Made by a program: the position numbers and the translations under genes
Notes under the pieces: model-generated
Databases searched by the model: none
What the model was told of the DNA's origin: nothing
Seen by the model: only the letters and a program-made list of their open reading frames with translations
NCBI GenBank assembly: GCA_030429765.1
Contig: JAUIER010000001.1
Coordinates: 65,014-129,013 of the forward strand
Source of the DNA: a bacterium
GTDB taxonomy: Bacteria > Omnitrophota > Gorgyraeia > Zapsychrales > Zapsychraceae
Direction: 5' to 3'
Length of the DNA: 64,000 bases
In this document: piece after piece, positions 60,026 to 64,000 of the stretch
How the letters are laid out: each line of letters starts with the position of its first letter
Position numbering within the stretch: position 1 is the stretch's first letter

Positions 60026-60619
60026 ATGAAAAAATTAATAATATCAATTTTTGTAAGCATATTTCTGACAGGCGTAGCTGTAAACGTGGAAGCTTTGGTT
60101 TTGTATGAAAACATTTTTATCAGTTCGGGAATAGGACGAAATTCCTTTGATCCAGAAGCTAGGATCAGTGCGAATTATCAAGGAATTTCTTCATCCGTTG
60201 TTTTTGACAATGCAACGCTTGATGCTAGCGATTTAAGTAATATAGGTCGAACTTTCGTTTCTCAAAATGGAAATCAAGGATTTACTGAGTTTACTGACAG
60301 GTTAACAAATGGAATAGACGATGTGTGGCGAATGGATATGTTTTATGAAGGTGGTAGTACTTCATATATAGCAGGCGAGAGCGGAACGTTTGCAAATAGT
60401 CCGTTTAGTTTAAACAGTATTGATTTCGAGGGATATGATATAAATCAGTTAAAATGGACAATTGACAATATCATGATTGGAACCGAATCAATTGAAGTTG
60501 CTTCGAGATTCATAGTTGTGGGTGATAGAAGTGTAAGTGTTGTTCCCGAACCAACGACTATGCTGCTGTTCGGTACGGGAATGGCTGGCGCGGCGTTAAG
60601 GAGACGAAGAAAAACGTAA
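60026..60619 (+). CDS. PEP-CTERM protein, paralog of the upstream gene
   Basis: VPEPTTMLLFGTGMAGAALRRRRK; shares N.GR.F, GFTEF...TNG and FSLNS.D..GY.I with its neighbour. Confidence 0.92.
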   Translation: MKKLIISIFVSIFLTGVAVNVEALVLYENIFISSGIGRNSFDPEARISANYQGISSSVVFDNATLDASDLSNIGRTFVSQNGNQGFTEFTDRLTNGIDDVWRMDMFYEGGSTSYIAGESGTFANSPFSLNSIDFEGYDINQLKWTIDNIMIGTESIEVASRFIVVGDRSVSVVPEPTTMLLFGTGMAGAALRRRRKT

Positions 60620-60809
60620 GCCCCATTTATAACAATTTAAAAGGCACTTCGCTCAGGCGAGGTGCCTTTTTTTGTGCCCCTACCGGACATTATTATCCCA
60701 TTACAAAATCAGTTGATTCTTATAATTGTCGACGGGGATGGCGGATGCTATTCTAAGAATGACCGCGGATTTCTTGCCACGTCGTCTAATCAATTATGGG
60801 AGGGTTTGA

Positions 60810-61385
60810 ATGGGATCAGTTGCTTTGCTGAAAGGTGTGTTGATTGTGCTGTTTGTCGGGTTGCCGTTGTTTGGAATCCTGCAATGCGCCCTGGACTATG
60901 ATATGCCGGGGAGTTCAAAAGTGATTTGGATTGTGTTGATGATGTTTACCGGCGCGCTGGGCGCGCTGTTATTCGCGATTATGGGAACCCGAAGCGCGTC
61001 ATTCCGTACCTTTGCCTTCAGCGGAATTGTCGGATTGATGATTGCCATTCCGGCGGTGATGCGCCAAGGGTTCGCATTTGTTGAAAACACGGCGGCCAGT
61101 CATGTTGATGATATTTATACGCGATGGGGGAATACGTACATGCCGGATATCAGCGTGGAGCAGCATAACCGGGTTTTCGGAGCGATTGCTGTCCTCGAGA
61201 CTGAAACCCAACAGACCGGCAAGGCCGTGATCGCCAACCACTTGCTGGAATCCCTGTCCATCCTGATCGATGACGGAGATTTGACATTGTCGGAATACAA
61301 AGAATGGGATCAGCACTTTTCGCGACGGCACCAACTAGCCCCGGCCCAAGCCAGAGAATTTCTGGCCACGCTCCGATCCGACTAA
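60810..61385 (+). CDS. Membrane protein with a PLDc-N-like N-terminus
   Basis: SKVIWIVLM...GALGALLF motif, three TMs. Confidence 0.6.
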   Translation: MGSVALLKGVLIVLFVGLPLFGILQCALDYDMPGSSKVIWIVLMMFTGALGALLFAIMGTRSASFRTFAFSGIVGLMIAIPAVMRQGFAFVENTAASHVDDIYTRWGNTYMPDISVEQHNRVFGAIAVLETETQQTGKAVIANHLLESLSILIDDGDLTLSEYKEWDQHFSRRHQLAPAQAREFLATLRSD

Positions 61386-61546
61386 TCCGGCCACCGCGGT
61401 TAGATTTGGCCATAGTACTATTATTATGATATACTGCTTTTACTGATCGGGCGTGGTCCGGTCAATTCCCCAATCTGATTTCAGTCCGTTCCGGGCTGTG
61501 GCTTTGGTTTTCGTTTAGGTGTCGATGGCACCCGAAAGCTTTAGGC

Positions 61547-63970
61547 ATGAAAATTACCATTCAACTTAATCAAATATTCAGAATTTTGGCAGTAGTCCTG
61601 TGTCTGCTGCTCGGGCAGGGTACGTGTGTGTTCGCTCAAGCTCAAACCGATCCTGATGTCATGATCCGGCCCAGCGATCCGCATGTTCCGATGGTCTTGA
61701 AAGGCCTGACGATCGATCCGGCCCAGCCGCTTGGACTGCGATTTGTGATCGATACCGGCGATCGGGCCATGGATACGCCGCAGGTTCACGCGGAGGCCCG
61801 GCGATTGATCCATTATTTTATGGCGTCGCTGGCCATTCCCACGCAAGATTTGTGGGTTAATCTTTCACCCAATGAACCCGACCGCATTATTCCGACGGCG
61901 TTGGGTCAGACCGAATTGGGTCGGGATCTACTCGAACAGGATTATATCCTCAAGCAATTGTCGTCGGCCTTATTGTATCCCGAAAATCCGTTGGGCGCGG
62001 CGTTCTGGGATGAATTGCATCAGACAATCGTCGAGCGTCATGGCGGTGTGGACATTCCCGTTGATACATTCAACAAGGTATGGATCCTGCCGGCGAGTGC
62101 GGCCGTGCTTGAACAATCTGATGGTGTGGTTATTTTGGAAGCAAGGCTCAAGGTGATGCTCGACGCTGACTATCAATCGATGAATGGGCCAGGCCATCAG
62201 GGTCAGGCCGTCACGGCAGATCAAACCCGGCTTGATATCTATCGGGAACTAATCGTACCGGCGATTGAGCATGAGGTGAATCACGGTAAAAATTTTGCGC
62301 CACTCCGCCAGATTTATCATTCGCTGATCCTGGCCAAGTGGTATAAAGAAACCCTGGCCGTGAGTGTCCTCGGACAGTTGTACGCCGATCAGCAGGATGT
62401 CCGGGGAATCGATACGGTCAGCGGCGAGATCAAGACGGATATCTACGAACGATATTTGACCGCGTACCGTCGGGGCGCGTTTGATTATATTCGGGAAGAC
62501 TATGACCGGCTGAGCGGGTCAACGATACCGCGACGCTATTTTTCCGGCGGGTTCACCGACGTGGACTTGAATCTGGAGCGTCGTGACCGGGCGATGATTT
62601 CCGATGCCATCACCGGAGACACATTTGAGCTCGACATCGAGGTGGTGCCGCGTGATGCCGAGGGTCGGGCGATATCCGTCAACGCCTTATTGGGAGATGT
62701 TATGAACGATTTTACCATGTTGTCTGAAGATCTGAACGCGATACTCGAGGATTCATCTCTGGGGGATGACCGGTTTTATTATTTCGCGCGGCTCAAGCTC
62801 GAGCGGGCCATTGAAGACGCTGAGGATATTTATTTTGATGACAAAAACCGGGACAACTGGAAGCGACTGGAAGGTCTGTTTGACCAACGGCAACGATTGC
62901 TGGATGCCTATGAGCAAGGCGTGATTGAACGGGTCAAGGCCGAGGAGGTGTTCCGGGTGGTGCAGTGGAATCTCCTGAAGAATCCCACGGCTGAACGGAT
63001 GGAAGTCATGCGGGAGCAGTTTGTATCGACATTGGGTCCGAACCGGCCGCAGGTCATCACCATGCAGGAGACCACGGACTTGATGGATTCCTACAATCTC
63101 GTCCGGGAGATGGCCCGCAGTATCGGATATCAATGGCATGAATTTCTCTACAAAGGCGAACCGCTGAACCGGGAAGGGTTGGCGATCGCGTACCATTCGT
63201 CGCTGGAAGTTGTTGAGACGGTGGAACGGAATATTATTGACGGCAAGGTACTGTTGGGAATCAAGTTTCGCTCGACGTTGACGCAGCGCGAGTATTATGT
63301 CTTCACGACACATTTATCTTTTATGCCGAATGAAGATGATATTCGTATCAATCAGATCCGGAATATTCATAAGATCATCGAAGAGGTCGTGCCTGAGGGA
63401 ACGCCGGTGATCCTGTCGGGGGATCTGAACTTCTTTCATCCGCATGAGTTTGATCAGGCCGGAGCGATCTTAAACGGATTTGTGGATTCGTTTAACGCGG
63501 TTAATCCCGGCGTCAAAGGGCACACCTTTTCACGCCGGAATCCGCTGGTTGAGTACGCGGCCAAGCGGCTGGACGTGATTTATGCCCGGGGATTTAATCC
63601 GGTCGAGTCGAATATTCTGCTGGATCAAGCGCCATTCGCCTCGGATCATTTTGCCTTGCGTTCGGACCTGGAATTGCGGGCGGATCGGGCAGAACAGGGA
63701 TTGAGCGTTCGCATCGGCCGCGAGGTATTGGACGGATTGCAATCCGTCGGTATTGATTTGGGGGAGACCTTTTGGTCAACATACGATCAGGCCATGACCT
63801 CAGATACCGACGACACCGTCGGGGGGATTGATATGCAGGATATCAGCCTGCAGCGTCAAAATACGGATGCGAAAATCCAATTATCCCATCCAGAGATCTC
63901 ACCTTATCTGCTGCAAGAGATCACTCACTTCACACCCGAGCTTATTCAACTAAGAAAAATCGAACCATAG
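61547..63970 (+). CDS. Exported modular protein: N-terminal domain, EEP nuclease/phosphatase cargo and GGID tail
   Basis: Signal peptide; EEP motifs QWNL, MQE, THL, SGDLN, RLDVIY, SDHF; D-x-A-M motifs; VGGIDM. Confidence 0.8.
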   Translation: MKITIQLNQIFRILAVVLCLLLGQGTCVFAQAQTDPDVMIRPSDPHVPMVLKGLTIDPAQPLGLRFVIDTGDRAMDTPQVHAEARRLIHYFMASLAIPTQDLWVNLSPNEPDRIIPTALGQTELGRDLLEQDYILKQLSSALLYPENPLGAAFWDELHQTIVERHGGVDIPVDTFNKVWILPASAAVLEQSDGVVILEARLKVMLDADYQSMNGPGHQGQAVTADQTRLDIYRELIVPAIEHEVNHGKNFAPLRQIYHSLILAKWYKETLAVSVLGQLYADQQDVRGIDTVSGEIKTDIYERYLTAYRRGAFDYIREDYDRLSGSTIPRRYFSGGFTDVDLNLERRDRAMISDAITGDTFELDIEVVPRDAEGRAISVNALLGDVMNDFTMLSEDLNAILEDSSLGDDRFYYFARLKLERAIEDAEDIYFDDKNRDNWKRLEGLFDQRQRLLDAYEQGVIERVKAEEVFRVVQWNLLKNPTAERMEVMREQFVSTLGPNRPQVITMQETTDLMDSYNLVREMARSIGYQWHEFLYKGEPLNREGLAIAYHSSLEVVETVERNIIDGKVLLGIKFRSTLTQREYYVFTTHLSFMPNEDDIRINQIRNIHKIIEEVVPEGTPVILSGDLNFFHPHEFDQAGAILNGFVDSFNAVNPGVKGHTFSRRNPLVEYAAKRLDVIYARGFNPVESNILLDQAPFASDHFALRSDLELRADRAEQGLSVRIGREVLDGLQSVGIDLGETFWSTYDQAMTSDTDDTVGGIDMQDISLQRQNTDAKIQLSHPEISPYLLQEITHFTPELIQLRKIEP

Positions 63971-64000
63971 GCGAGTACCATAAATAGACAAAACTTTGTA

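Larger units (their letters stand above)
52421..60673 (+). repeat. Four copies of a conserved terminator-like hairpin (52421-52454, 53582-53613, 59142-59175, 60639-60673)
   Basis: AAGGCACTTC(A/G)C-N4-G(T/C)GAGGTGCCTTTTT with a compensatory A-T to G-C change. Confidence 0.88.

Noticed and set aside
60662-60901. 79-aa ORF
   Set aside because: It starts inside the terminator hairpin and overlaps the better-supported ORF at 60810.

Overview
Bacterial chromosomal window. The gene content (LpxI/Lol/Lpt outer-membrane genes together with Firmicutes-like mcsA-mcsB-clpC-radA-yacL-ispDF-cysE and tmk-holB-PSP1-metG clusters, MORN-variant and PEP-CTERM proteins, and a 'GGID'-tailed modular protein) suggests a diderm such as Ca. 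Omnitrophota; this assignment is inference. Bases 1-48,000 are mostly housekeeping genes: lysS, lolCE/D, ilvE, the Clp/Mcs cluster, MEP genes, tsaEB, alr, lptFG, pyrE, PDH and smpB. The most unusual locus is the tmRNA gene (ssrA, 49022-49680), which carries three kinds of insertion. (1) Its leader holds three tandem structured inserts, each bounded by a 30-bp duplication of the leader plus the first 15 nt of tmRNA; the longest insert encodes an 85-aa GIY-YIG nuclease. (2) Its T-loop is split by a 252-nt ORF-less group IA intron. (3) Its 3' exon is duplicated 2.9 kb downstream, bounding an integrase-less island with repeated GTGCC arm-like motifs. The tmRNA also encodes an unusually long 29-codon tag. 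Downstream is an AT-richer, single-strand accessory array punctuated by four copies of one hairpin. Other items are a candidate leader-peptide attenuator before an EamA transporter, a Maf-lipobox-M48 fusion and a TetR/GST operator pair.
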